Source of the DNA: a virus
IMG/VR virus record: IMGVR_UViG_3300035670_000101
Coordinates: 29,395-93,394 of that record
Length of the DNA: 64,000 bases
Direction: 5' to 3' (one strand)
Both the position numbers and the translations under genes were made by a program. The notes beneath the pieces are model-generated. The model had not been told where the DNA came from. It made no database searches and worked only from the letters and a program-made list of their open reading frames with translations. Of this stretch, positions 36,210-45,837 are shown in pieces; the stretch's first letter is position 1; every line of letters starts with the position of its first letter.

Positions 36210-37013
36210 TTAACTCACATCCAAATTATGATAGTCTTGCATTGCAATAACATAATCATAAACAAAATCACTTCGACAAATATCCTTAATTCGATATTTA
36301 ACAAACCCAATATTCGGGATGTGATAACGACTAACAATCTCTTCCAAATACTGCAACCCGTTCATTTCGATTTTGTTATCATTCTGCATGGTACTAGGAT
36401 CACCACACAAGATCATCTTACAACCCTCTCCTAAACGTGTCATGAGACAATCAACTTCGTCTGGAAATAGTAGTTGTGCCTCGTCTAGAATCAGGATTGT
36501 TCTATTTCGTACAGTAATTCCACGCATTGCCTCAAAATCAAGTATCTCAACCCAACCTGTACCCTTCTCAAGTTGCATATCAACAGCATTCCGACCAAAA
36601 ATATCTGAGATATACTCGATCATCGGTGCATGGAAACCATAAAGCTTCTGGAGTAAACTACCTTGTCGATGTCCATTATCTCGACCATTTAATCGTGTTG
36701 TTGGTCGCCCAATGATAATCTTATCGAAGTTACCTTGCGCTACCTGATTAGCAGCCCACCAACAAGCCACAGCAGTCTTCCCACTTGCTACTGCTCCAGA
36801 GTTAACAGTTACCATATTCTCCTCAAAAGACCACAATGAAGCCTTCTGAGCATCACTACGAGGGTGAATAACTTTAATCTTAGCTTTACGATCCTCCTCC
36901 CACTTGTTCTTAGGTAAACTATCAGTTGTTCCCTCAACCTTTGCTTTTCGATTGTTACTATTTCGGTTCTTCTTACTACCACGATCACCGTAACGCTGAG
37001 CATTTAATGACAC
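36210..37013 (-). CDS. phoH: PhoH-family ATPase
   Basis: GAVASGKT, MRGIT, ILDEAQ, MTRLGEGCKMILCGD, DICRS. Confidence 0.92.
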   Translation of the reverse strand: MSLNAQRYGDRGSKKNRNSNNRKAKVEGTTDSLPKNKWEEDRKAKIKVIHPRSDAQKASLWSFEENMVTVNSGAVASGKTAVACWWAANQVAQGNFDKIIIGRPTTRLNGRDNGHRQGSLLQKLYGFHAPMIEYISDIFGRNAVDMQLEKGTGWVEILDFEAMRGITVRNRTILILDEAQLLFPDEVDCLMTRLGEGCKMILCGDPSTMQNDNKIEMNGLQYLEEIVSRYHIPNIGFVKYRIKDICRSDFVYDYVIAMQDYHNLDVS

Positions 37014-37050
37014 TAAACATCTCCATACACTTTATAATAAATGAATACTA

Positions 37051-37079
37051 AACATACTTGAATTGTGAATCATTGTCAA
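37051..37079 (-). promoter_or_regulatory. promoter for phoH
   Basis: TTGACA-17-TATGTT; -35 lies in a hairpin arm. Confidence 0.6.
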
Positions 37080-37125
37080 TAGGGGTAATTGACATTTCCC
37101 AAATTAAACACCAGTTTAACAACTA

Positions 37126-37284
37126 TTATTTCTCACCCTCAGATGGAATATAATTGTCATCAACATACACAACAAGGTAACACCCTAAGATCATTGTTAA
37201 CAATGGAACAATACACCACAGAGTTCCCATAACAGCTAATAGTACAAACATTAGCATACTAAATAAAAATACAAACATACCCAT
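37126..37284 (-). CDS. small hydrophobic protein (52 aa)
   Basis: TAATG overlap with the upstream stop. Confidence 0.55.
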   Translation of the reverse strand: MGMFVFLFSMLMFVLLAVMGTLWCIVPLLTMILGCYLVVYVDDNYIPSEGEK

Positions 37285-37835
37285 TAGGTTTTCTCACTCC
37301 ATTCTAACTCATCAATAAAACTCTTCTCGATAGTTCTGTAAGAGTAGTAGGTATCACCCCATACAGAATCATACCCTGTAATCAAAATAAATAGTCCTTG
37401 TTGTGGTTTAACACTACCTTCTTTACCAATACGCCAGAAACGATACTTATCAGCTTGTAATAGATATTTTAAACGATTAAACTCACGATTGTTGTTGTAT
37501 TGATAAACATCTTCTGCAACTTTGTAACTCAGAATCTCCTCTTGCACCTCTTTACACTTAGGACATTCCTCAAATAACTCATCACCATCGTCAAACAACC
37601 AAACATCCTCATGATCACTACACTCAAAATATTTACCATCTTCGTAGTGATTTAGATGTTCATAACCATCATTGTTGATAACTTTATCAGTCTTACAATC
37701 TAACACCATGTAAAAGTCATCATCGTACAACCATGCTTCACCAACATATACATAGGATTCATCACCTGTTAATTTGTGTTTAACTTTATGAATACCATCT
37801 GTGTATTCGTTTGTGCATATTTTCTCAAGACTCAT
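37284..37835 (-). CDS. hypothetical protein
   Basis: AGGAG RBS; CPKC. Confidence 0.75.
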   Translation of the reverse strand: MSLEKICTNEYTDGIHKVKHKLTGDESYVYVGEAWLYDDDFYMVLDCKTDKVINNDGYEHLNHYEDGKYFECSDHEDVWLFDDGDELFEECPKCKEVQEEILSYKVAEDVYQYNNNREFNRLKYLLQADKYRFWRIGKEGSVKPQQGLFILITGYDSVWGDTYYSYRTIEKSFIDELEWSEKT

Positions 37836-37847
37836 TAGTCTTTCTCC

Positions 37848-38012
37848 TTAAAGTTTTCTAGGTGGTTGCTTTGTTGGTCTTGGTGAGGGTGGTGTGAAGT
37901 CTGGAACTTTCGCATTAGAGCATGGTGCATAACCCCAACCATATCTAGTTACCATACAACCTCGACACTCACACCTATCATCTTTGAACATATCAGTTAA
38001 CCATTTAAACAT
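37848..38012 (-). CDS. small Cys/Pro-rich protein (54 aa)
   Basis: GGAG RBS. Confidence 0.55.
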   Translation of the reverse strand: MFKWLTDMFKDDRCECRGCMVTRYGWGYAPCSNAKVPDFTPPSPRPTKQPPRKL

Positions 38013-38072
38013 CACTTATTCTCCGTATACAAAAAGAGGTGTAACACCATACAGCATCACACCTCATACACA

Positions 38073-38342
38073 CTAACTGTTATCTTTTAAAATCTCAATA
38101 ACTTTCTTAAATGATTCAGCAACAGCATTGTATTGCTTAACATTTAGAACTTGAGCTTCTCCAGCAAAAATGAAAATGTAGTTATCGTTAAGTTGAAGTA
38201 GTTTTGCTTCTTCACCGTTAATCTCAATTGTTGAAATCCAGTGCTTATCGGCAGGCACACTTTCAATTACAACTTCTGTTTGTTCATTTTCAACTGTATC
38301 AATAAACTCAATAAATTTATTGTGTGGTGTCATATTAAACAC
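38073..38342 (-). CDS. hypothetical protein
   Basis: ORF track. Confidence 0.7.
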   Translation of the reverse strand: MFNMTPHNKFIEFIDTVENEQTEVVIESVPADKHWISTIEINGEEAKLLQLNDNYIFIFAGEAQVLNVKQYNAVAESFKKVIEILKDNS

Positions 38343-38523
38343 CTACACTCTTAACAAAGCTCTTAAACATTTTCTTCTCTTTATCATTCAACAAAGATAG
38401 AAGTTTAAGACGACTTTCTTTTGTGCTCTTTAGGTTTTTAAAATCATTTACATTTAACATTTACTTCTCCATTACATATTTCACAGGATGTGACTTTACT
38501 TAAAACCACTTATTTAACAATTG

Positions 38524-38817
38524 TTACTGTGTAACAACCACGTTAGAACTTGCTTCTAACACCCCAACAACTCGTGTCCACTTAACACTACGAGTGTTAT
38601 CATCAAGTTTAACCAAAGCCTCTTTAGAAGTCAATACAATATCACCAACTTTAATTAAACTATTTTGTGGGACACCACTACCAACACTCAACACTTTACT
38701 CTGAACAATATCATGTGGTGTAGACATTGCTGTCCCTGTTAATACGATTCCACCACTAGAAATATTCTCTTGCTCTTGGTATTCAACTACCAATCCATCA
38801 CCAACTGCTTTATACAA
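38524..38817 (-). CDS. GroES-like co-chaperonin
   Basis: KAVGDGLVV...SSGGIVL...KVLSVGSG...IKVGDIV. Confidence 0.85.
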   Translation of the reverse strand: MYKAVGDGLVVEYQEQENISSGGIVLTGTAMSTPHDIVQSKVLSVGSGVPQNSLIKVGDIVLTSKEALVKLDDNTRSVKWTRVVGVLEASSNVVVTQ

Positions 38818-38827
38818 TTCAAACTCC

Positions 38828-39040
38828 TTATTTCAAATAATCTTGTACTGACTCATAATCAACTGTTTCATCCTCACCAACTTTAACAGCATCCCATTCA
38901 CTATCAATATGTGTTGTCCAATCACATCGCATAAAGTCTTCAATCTCAGAAGCAATCTCTAAAGCGTGATCTTTATCATCTGCTTCTACAATATGTTCTA
39001 CACAAAAAGACTTACTAACTTGAACCTTAAATTTAGACAT
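38828..39040 (-). CDS. hypothetical protein
   Basis: VEADDKDHALEIA; similar pattern to 2595..2774. Confidence 0.7.
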   Translation of the reverse strand: MSKFKVQVSKSFCVEHIVEADDKDHALEIASEIEDFMRCDWTTHIDSEWDAVKVGEDETVDYESVQDYLK

Positions 39041-39154
39041 TCAATTCTCCAATTAAATAAAATATTAAATTATTTATGATCAAACTTCCTTGTTTAACAT
39101 AAATCCATTAACAAGGGTTATCCCTTATGTGTTACTCAACCAATACCATACCCA

Positions 39155-39532
39155 TCATTCAACATCTTTATCTCCTTGTTCAGTTTTCTTAGCTGTAGTA
39201 GCAGTATCTTTAGTAGAAGCTACACTTTTAGTAGTTGTTTTCTTAGCGACAGGTTTAACTTCCTCTTTTTCTGCTGCTGTTTCTTTAGAAGATTCATCAG
39301 CAGTTTTAGAGGTTGATACTCGCTTAGAGCTTGTCTCGCTAACATCGTTAGATGTTGACACTTGCTTAGAACTTGTTTCAAGATAAACATGAGTGTGATT
39401 AAACCGTGTTACAACCTTAGTTACAGCAAATCCATCTTTAGCAGCTTGCATTAATTCATGAATAGCTTGATCAGGTGCTTTGTGACGCACATCTACAACC
39501 TTAGTTACTACTTTACTTTGTTCGTTAGACAT
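39155..39532 (-). CDS. hypothetical protein with K/T/S-rich repetitive tail
   Basis: ETSSKxVSTS repeated twice; own promoter. Confidence 0.75.
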   Translation of the reverse strand: MSNEQSKVVTKVVDVRHKAPDQAIHELMQAAKDGFAVTKVVTRFNHTHVYLETSSKQVSTSNDVSETSSKRVSTSKTADESSKETAAEKEEVKPVAKKTTTKSVASTKDTATTAKKTEQGDKDVE

Positions 39533-39569
39533 TTTTAAATCCTTTGTTCGATAATATTAAAGAGACACA

Positions 39570-39598
39570 AATATACATAATTTTGAAATCTGTGTCAA
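39570..39598 (-). promoter_or_regulatory. sigma70-type promoter within an inverted repeat
   Basis: TTGACA-17-TATATT. Confidence 0.75.
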
Positions 39599-39617
39599 TG
39601 TGTTTTGTGTGTTTTAA

Positions 39618-39830
39618 TTAAAAATTTGATACAATCACTCGCCCACACCAATCAGTGTACCAATCTATTGCATCACCTACACTATTAAAATATTTATACT
39701 CCTTACACCATTGATTATCAATCTCACAGTATACACCATAACTATCTTTTCTACAGTCCACCTCAATAACACCGTATTTTAGTGGTATTTTCCATGAAAA
39801 ACACTCTACTACTTCTTCATCAATTTTCAT
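39618..39830 (-). CDS. hypothetical protein
   Basis: GAGG before ATG 39830. Confidence 0.65.
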   Translation of the reverse strand: MKIDEEVVECFSWKIPLKYGVIEVDCRKDSYGVYCEIDNQWCKEYKYFNSVGDAIDWYTDWCGRVIVSNF

Positions 39831-39849
39831 ACTCAACCTCAACTTTAGC

Positions 39850-40365
39850 TTAATCCCACAAATTATCAAAATACTTAATGAACAACTCTCGCCCCTCACT
39901 CACCTTACGTTTAATCTCAGCCTCATAAGTTTTACTACGCTCCCACCAAGCATCAACTTCCTCTTGCGTAACACCCTCTTTTAGAATTTGTCTCCACTCA
40001 GTAACTTTACCATAAACAGGGTGATCTTCCCAAACAACAGGTGGGAACTTCTCAGGGTGTGTTAAGTCATCGTAATAGAAATCATAAGGTTCAATGTCAA
40101 AATATGTTGAGTGCTCTACAAATGCAAAGATCATCTTATCTAACAACTCTTGCCATTGCTCCTCACAATAATCATCGGAGTAATTGTAGTAAACTGTCTT
40201 ACCGTCTGGTGCTTTAAAAGAGACATCTAAGTGTGGTGGGATTGTGTGCTTATTAAGAGTTTTAAACTGCTCTAGTCCTTGAACAATAACTTTGGCAAGG
40301 TGCTTATCTAAGTTCCAAACCTCACTCTTGTTAAAGCGAATCTTCCCTTTCTGAATACGCATCAT
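39850..40365 (-). CDS. conserved phage hypothetical protein
   Basis: WNLDxHLA...LDKMIFAF...GxELFxKYFxNLWD. Confidence 0.8.
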   Translation of the reverse strand: MMRIQKGKIRFNKSEVWNLDKHLAKVIVQGLEQFKTLNKHTIPPHLDVSFKAPDGKTVYYNYSDDYCEEQWQELLDKMIFAFVEHSTYFDIEPYDFYYDDLTHPEKFPPVVWEDHPVYGKVTEWRQILKEGVTQEEVDAWWERSKTYEAEIKRKVSEGRELFIKYFDNLWD

Positions 40366-40374
40366 TGTCTCTCC

Positions 40375-40845
40375 TTAATTCATTGTGTGACCAAAACTGT
40401 TTAATGCTTCTAGTTGTTCGTTCGTAACATTTCCAAAAACAACAATAGCAGATGGAAATGGTGCATTCTCTTTAGCACTACCAAATCGCAATCTACCTTT
40501 AATAAAGCAAACTGCTGAAGAATCCTCAAAGATTACCTCATGCCAAATCTTTGTATCTGTTTTAGCTGGAATCAATAACACAATTGTTGAATTGTTCTTC
40601 TGTGACTCCTCAAGAGCTTTCTTAATCCAATCCTTTTGCATCCTACCATAAGGAGGGTTACACCAACAAACATCATTCCAATCTTGTTTCAACCCATCTA
40701 TTTCAGGTGTGAAGTAATTATCACACTTCGCTGTTTCAGGTAATGCACATACATCTGTTTTAAAATTAAACACTTTGTTCAAATTGTCAAATAAGTCTTG
40801 AGGTGTTTCCCAAGTATGGTCTTTACTACTGTGATAAACTTTCAA
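40375..40845 (-). CDS. dam: phage DNA N6-adenine methyltransferase (Dam, T1/HP1-type family)
   Basis: WETP, DVCA, DGL, WCNPPY, LIPA, GRLxF. Confidence 0.9.
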   Translation of the reverse strand: MKVYHSSKDHTWETPQDLFDNLNKVFNFKTDVCALPETAKCDNYFTPEIDGLKQDWNDVCWCNPPYGRMQKDWIKKALEESQKNNSTIVLLIPAKTDTKIWHEVIFEDSSAVCFIKGRLRFGSAKENAPFPSAIVVFGNVTNEQLEALNSFGHTMN

Positions 40846-41103
40846 TTATTTCTCCAATTCTTGCTTAAAACAAGATATAAATAATTCTGTTTTATAATAA
40901 CACTCAATGATCTCTGACTTCAATACTACTTGACCAAGACTAACTTCATATAATCTCTTCAACAGAGATTCAAAAACTTCTCCACGAATATTGTCTAAAC
41001 TGTATGAAGCTCGAACCAGCACATCATCTACAAAAAGCTCATAAGCAATATCTTCCCTTACTGTGTATTTTTTACCATATAAAACTCTTGAACACTCTTT
41101 CAT
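40846..41103 (-). CDS. hypothetical protein
   Basis: Operonic. Confidence 0.7.
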   Translation of the reverse strand: MKECSRVLYGKKYTVREDIAYELFVDDVLVRASYSLDNIRGEVFESLLKRLYEVSLGQVVLKSEIIECYYKTELFISCFKQELEK

Positions 41104-41106
41104 TTC

Positions 41107-41418
41107 TTACTCCTCCCAAGATTTAAGCAAATCATCAAGTTCTTTATGAAACTCTACCACAACAGGATCATTCTCATAACGCTCTACAGCCTTGTCATAA
41201 AGATCATAACATTTCATACCGTGAATACGTTCATTAAGAATATCACTTAACACTGTTGCTAAGTAATGTGATGTGTTTTGAAAAGAGCTGTATGGAAGTT
41301 TACCTTCATCCTCATATTGAGAAGATGCTAACAAGAATCCAGCAACCTCTGTAAGAAACTCTTTATCAACTTCAACCTTCTCTTCAGATTGTCTGTTTGG
41401 ATTTAAATACTCTTTCAT
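41107..41418 (-). CDS. hypothetical protein
   Basis: Operonic. Confidence 0.7.
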   Translation of the reverse strand: MKEYLNPNRQSEEKVEVDKEFLTEVAGFLLASSQYEDEGKLPYSSFQNTSHYLATVLSDILNERIHGMKCYDLYDKAVERYENDPVVVEFHKELDDLLKSWEE

Positions 41419-41831
41419 TCCTTACCTCGTTTCTTAGCATTGGGGTAATATTTATCAGAAGCTTTCATAACAATATCCCAAACTTCTTTACTCACCCAAT
41501 GAGGATTAATGTCACTTCCAACGTTAATCATCTCACCCTTATCAATACGCTCTTGTAACTTTAGATGTTCATCTAATTTCTGCTGTTCAAGTTGCTTGTA
41601 ATGCTCACCACGAGTCATTTCAACATACTCGCATAGATTCTCTACTAAGTCTAAATCCTTAGCCATATAACGCTGATAAGACAATCCCCCATCTGTTGCA
41701 GCTTCGTTACGACACTGGCACTGAACGTAGTTGTGTCTATGCTTACTCTCTAAAACAGTATTACATACTAAACACCTAATAGCGTTGCGTGTTAACACTT
41801 TAATAACTTCAGTCTCATCTAATTTAAACAT
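41415..41831 (-). CDS. Zn-ribbon hypothetical protein
   Basis: NAIRCxxC...HRH..xCxC...DGG. Confidence 0.75.
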   Translation of the reverse strand: MFKLDETEVIKVLTRNAIRCLVCNTVLESKHRHNYVQCQCRNEAATDGGLSYQRYMAKDLDLVENLCEYVEMTRGEHYKQLEQQKLDEHLKLQERIDKGEMINVGSDINPHWVSKEVWDIVMKASDKYYPNAKKRGKE

Positions 41832-42321
41832 TTATTTCTCCACCTTTATAATTCTCAATAAAGTCTCTCATGTTACGATGATCAACATCTTTACCTGTAC
41901 GTGTATAACCATCAATTAGTGGGTGTTCTTTTTCAAACTTTACAAACAAACCATAACACTGATCTATTCGAGAGTGACCCACAAAGTTCAGTGTACGTAG
42001 TAGCGATGTAAACACCATAAGTCTCTTATCCCTAACCTTGTTTAATGATTCTACATCTTCAATGTTAAGATGTGGCATATCACTCCAACCCAAAACTTCA
42101 TTAATATATTCTTCACATCTCATTTCAATAAACTTGATAGCTTCTTCTGCTGTATCAAATTTCTCATTGAATAAATGCTCCCACCAGAAGGGTGCAAATA
42201 CCAGCCATTCACCTCTATTCTCATACCTACGAACAGTTAATACACCAAATACACTATCAATCTCTTTCATCTCAAAACCATTGATAGTTTGTAAGGGTGA
42301 GATGTTCAGTTTAACTTTCAT
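41824..42321 (-). CDS. hypothetical protein
   Basis: Operonic. Confidence 0.7.
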   Translation of the reverse strand: MKVKLNISPLQTINGFEMKEIDSVFGVLTVRRYENRGEWLVFAPFWWEHLFNEKFDTAEEAIKFIEMRCEEYINEVLGWSDMPHLNIEDVESLNKVRDKRLMVFTSLLRTLNFVGHSRIDQCYGLFVKFEKEHPLIDGYTRTGKDVDHRNMRDFIENYKGGEINV

Positions 42322-42552
42322 TTAATTCTCCAATCTAAAATTCTCATACAAGAACATCATATCACCAACATCCTCATACGACAAGTGATACCCGTTACCA
42401 TTTTCTTTATTGTAGATATAAATAACATCACCAACAACATTATTAACTACAATGTACTCAATACGTCTGTCTGGGTTTGCATAACTCTTTTTAAGGAGAA
42501 TATCTCCAACTCTTAAATCCTTAACAACAACATTACTCATGATTAAATCCAC
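42322..42552 (-). CDS. hypothetical protein
   Basis: Operonic. Confidence 0.65.
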   Translation of the reverse strand: MDLIMSNVVVKDLRVGDILLKKSYANPDRRIEYIVVNNVVGDVIYIYNKENGNGYHLSYEDVGDMMFLYENFRLEN

Positions 42553-42968
42553 ATTTCACTTTTAAGAATCTTTGTAACTTTCACCAAACGATCTTCTCGA
42601 ATCTTCCCATCAGATAACCCCTTAAGATGCTCTGGTAAAGAGTTAAAGTGCTCCTCAACTAATTCTTTATCGTAAGTGAAAACCATCTTACCAAGCTTCT
42701 TCTTACGTGATGTTTGAAATGGAATCTTAATGTTTCTATAACTATTTCGATGAATAACACCATCAACATTATAATCGTAAACATCTTTAAGATGTAATAC
42801 AGGTGCTCCATAGATATACAAACAAATCATATCTGTCACTTGCTCTACAGTTAATTTAACATTGTACTGCAACTTGTTTGATAATAACCCATCATCACTA
42901 TGTTTAACGTGTTTCTCATAAACTTCATCAACAACTTTATTTGTTGGAATAATTTTACCGTAAGACAT
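42543..42968 (-). CDS. hypothetical protein (possible HTH)
   Basis: KLTVEQVTDM; AGGAG RBS. Confidence 0.7.
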   Translation of the reverse strand: MSYGKIIPTNKVVDEVYEKHVKHSDDGLLSNKLQYNVKLTVEQVTDMICLYIYGAPVLHLKDVYDYNVDGVIHRNSYRNIKIPFQTSRKKKLGKMVFTYDKELVEEHFNSLPEHLKGLSDGKIREDRLVKVTKILKSEMWI

Positions 42969-42985
42969 TTAAATACTCTCCTGAA

Positions 42986-43237
42986 TTAAAAATAAAGTAT
43001 TTTTCCATAGTTCAAAGCAACAATCTCTCTTAACAACACAAGTTCTGATTGTGTAAGATTGCACCTCTTATTATTAAACTCAAACCACCCAGAATTTGTA
43101 TCAACGTACTTACCAATAACAAGATAGCTCCCATCATCAAAAGTATATTTGCTATTTGTTAAAACATTTTCGTGTGACACTGAATTTGAATTTCTAAAAC
43201 TTGAAATTAAGCTGTGAATATATCCTATTTTTGACAT
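42986..43237 (-). CDS. hypothetical protein
   Basis: Operonic. Confidence 0.65.
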   Translation of the reverse strand: MSKIGYIHSLISSFRNSNSVSHENVLTNSKYTFDDGSYLVIGKYVDTNSGWFEFNNKRCNLTQSELVLLREIVALNYGKILYF

Positions 43238-43543
43238 TTACTTGTTCATCCCTAAAATTTCACTAAACAATAGTTTTTCACACTCACTCTCACCTTCATA
43301 ACGATCCAGACTATAACCCTCGTAGATCATCTCAATACTATAAACATCTTTCTTAAAATGCTCTAGGTTGGCTTTAATTGCTCTAAGAGCATCCTCATAA
43401 CCACGATTGTATTCTGATAAAGTTTCATCTGTGTTTAAAGTGATAATTTCATCACCTTTCTTCCAGTATTCACAGTATGACTTACTACCAACTTTTATAT
43501 AACCATTTTTCAACAAATACTCCGGTGTTACTTTCTTGTCCAT
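43238..43543 (-). CDS. hypothetical protein
   Basis: GGGAG before ATG 43543. Confidence 0.7.
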   Translation of the reverse strand: MDKKVTPEYLLKNGYIKVGSKSYCEYWKKGDEIITLNTDETLSEYNRGYEDALRAIKANLEHFKKDVYSIEMIYEGYSLDRYEGESECEKLLFSEILGMNK

Positions 43544-43544
43544 T

Positions 43545-43733
43545 TTAAAGCTCCCTAATGTATAATTGATATGTTGAATGAACACCTAAATCATTAAGTA
43601 ACTCATCAATATATTTCCTAGCAGCTTCTTCTGCATGATTTTTTAGGGTGTAGACACCAACAACATCAGCAAAATCTGTAAAACGATTTGTTTCTTCATT
43701 CTCAGCGAAACATACAGCAACGTAAACTCTCAT
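43545..43733 (-). CDS. hypothetical protein
   Basis: AGGAG RBS; VVGVY...AEEA. Confidence 0.7.
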   Translation of the reverse strand: MRVYVAVCFAENEETNRFTDFADVVGVYTLKNHAEEAARKYIDELLNDLGVHSTYQLYIREL

Positions 43734-43760
43734 TTATTTCTCCTAATACTTGATAAATAG

Positions 43761-43789
43761 AGTGTAAACCAAAACAGGAATACACTCAA
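43761..43789 (-). promoter_or_regulatory. promoter whose -35 and -10 regions are complementary
   Basis: TTGAGT-17-TACACT inside the gagtgta/tacactc inverted repeat. Confidence 0.55.
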
Positions 43790-43806
43790 CAATTATCCTA
43801 CATTTC

Positions 43807-45084
43807 TCAATCAAAACCTCCGTCCATCCACTTAACAAACAAATGACACATACGATGATTAGCGATCAACAGGATGATAGGTTCAAAATTTCTAATACGA
43901 CTTCTCCATACGAACTGTAGTAAACTGCTAACAGCATACCTCTCCTCATCAATTGGGAAACCACAAGTTTTTAAATAAACTTTAACAGGTTGTAGTGGGT
44001 ATCTATTATAACAGTGTGCAACCATTCTCTTATTCGAGTACTCATTAGTCGCTCTAGTGTGTACTGATAACCAATTGTACACCCACTCATCCTCGTCATT
44101 CTTGAATCTAACATAACCAGCAGGATTAAGTTTTACAGCTTTTTTATCCTCAGACACACCAAATGCGTTTGCTTTAGGGCAAGTCCAAATTATCTCATCA
44201 GCCTTAACATCGTACTCCTTTGCTGTGTTTTTAATATAATTGGCAATACTACCAACAGATTTTTTATCAACATCACTCTTGAGGTTTTTCCACCAAGTAG
44301 CACTCATTTGTAAATCAACAGTTTTCTTGTTTGGTGAAATTAAAGTAATAAGTTCTCTAAAACTTTCAGGCTTAACCTCTCTCTTAGGTACAATATCCTT
44401 ACAAGGAACAGTATTAATACCCTTAAGCTTTAAGAAGCAATCCAAAACACTACCTTCAAACATGTATGTTATAACAATTACACGTTTAGCACTTGTTAAT
44501 AAGTTTAATGGTATGTGTGATACTAATATGTTTTTCTTAGCAGTCATACCTTTGTTCAGATAAACTGATTTCTTTTCACAAAGATTCTTCAATTTATAGT
44601 ATTTGTGCTCATAATCTTCAACAGATTTATGCTCACCAATCCAAGTTATAGAACCATCTTTTTCATCCACTGTAATTTCTTTTTTGTGAATTAGGTATTC
44701 AATGTCACTTGTACTGTAGACACCATAAGTTTTAATAACCTCAATCTCCTCATCCAATATGATAATATACCCTTGCTTCTTGATAGTTTCAAAATGCTCG
44801 TTAGTCATGCTCAAGTACAGATTATGAGTGCAAGCAATGTTAACACCTTGATCTAGTAATTTAGATAAGTGTTCTATCTTACTTCTACTCTCCTCAATAT
44901 CTGGACTTATAAATTCTGTACCAAGAATCTCTTTATGAATCCTACCATTCTTATCAACTTCGGACAACATAGGTGAAACATAAATGTACTTATCATCAAG
45001 ATTCTTATTTATCCAATTAAAACATTCAGTGCTCTTACCAGCTCCCATAATTGAATCTACTACTTCAACCACAATTTCTTTCAT
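43807..45084 (-). CDS. SF2-like helicase / putative replication origin-binding protein
   Basis: VVDSIMGAGKS Walker A, ILDEE Walker B, QFVWRSRIR motif VI-like. Confidence 0.7.
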   Translation of the reverse strand: MKEIVVEVVDSIMGAGKSTECFNWINKNLDDKYIYVSPMLSEVDKNGRIHKEILGTEFISPDIEESRSKIEHLSKLLDQGVNIACTHNLYLSMTNEHFETIKKQGYIIILDEEIEVIKTYGVYSTSDIEYLIHKKEITVDEKDGSITWIGEHKSVEDYEHKYYKLKNLCEKKSVYLNKGMTAKKNILVSHIPLNLLTSAKRVIVITYMFEGSVLDCFLKLKGINTVPCKDIVPKREVKPESFRELITLISPNKKTVDLQMSATWWKNLKSDVDKKSVGSIANYIKNTAKEYDVKADEIIWTCPKANAFGVSEDKKAVKLNPAGYVRFKNDEDEWVYNWLSVHTRATNEYSNKRMVAHCYNRYPLQPVKVYLKTCGFPIDEERYAVSSLLQFVWRSRIRNFEPIILLIANHRMCHLFVKWMDGGFD

Positions 45085-45149
45085 AAATACTCCTTATTGA
45101 AAAGTTATATTCTACACTAATTCAATAAATAAGTAAACATTTATAAAAT

Positions 45150-45552
45150 TTCTAGATAAAAGTTGTTTTTTACTTTTAATATTCAACGAGTTACAACACT
45201 ATCTCTAGAGTGTAGATGGGTGTACCGTTAGATAATATGCACAATAAAACTATCCTTACGGATGGTATCCTGTGCAGATAACACTAACAACAATACTAAA
45301 GGGAAAAGGGATTTGTTTGATTGCTATAACAATCCCTAAAACTAAAGGGATAACTAAAAGTAATTCCACAGAGGATACAGTTAGTATTATTCAACACTGT
45401 AATGTCCTATCGGACAATTTATTGTTGGGTGCTAACTAACAGTGATAACTGTGGGAATACTCCTATAGTGCATTATCGGTAGATTTCATCTACGCTCTAA
45501 TGATTGCTATAACATTCACACATCACTATCGTTTGTGTTCATTAACAGCAAT
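45150..45552. other. structured non-coding element B (origin-like)
   Basis: Same hairpin order and shared sequence blocks as element A. Confidence 0.55.
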
Positions 45553-45638
45553 GTAAATAATTTAATATTTTATTAAATAGGTATTGTATTTATATTTGTT
45601 TTTGTGCTATAACTAAGACAATCATTTAACTTAAGGAG

Positions 45639-45827
45639 ATGTTAATGTTTTTATATTTTTATTTATTTGTTGATGTGCTACTGCTGTTAACAGGTTTTGT
45701 TCTGTTTGTATTGCTAAAGAACAATGTTGTTATTGTAGATTTAACATCAGCTATTATTATTGGTGTTGTGTATGCTATATTCTTTGTGTTTTGTTTAGTG
45801 CAAACATATATGGAATATACTAAGTAG
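45639..45827 (+). CDS. small two-TM membrane protein
   Basis: AAGGAG RBS; hydrophobic. Confidence 0.65.
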   Translation: MLMFLYFYLFVDVLLLLTGFVLFVLLKNNVVIVDLTSAIIIGVVYAIFFVFCLVQTYMEYTK

Positions 45828-45837
45828 GAGTTATGAA

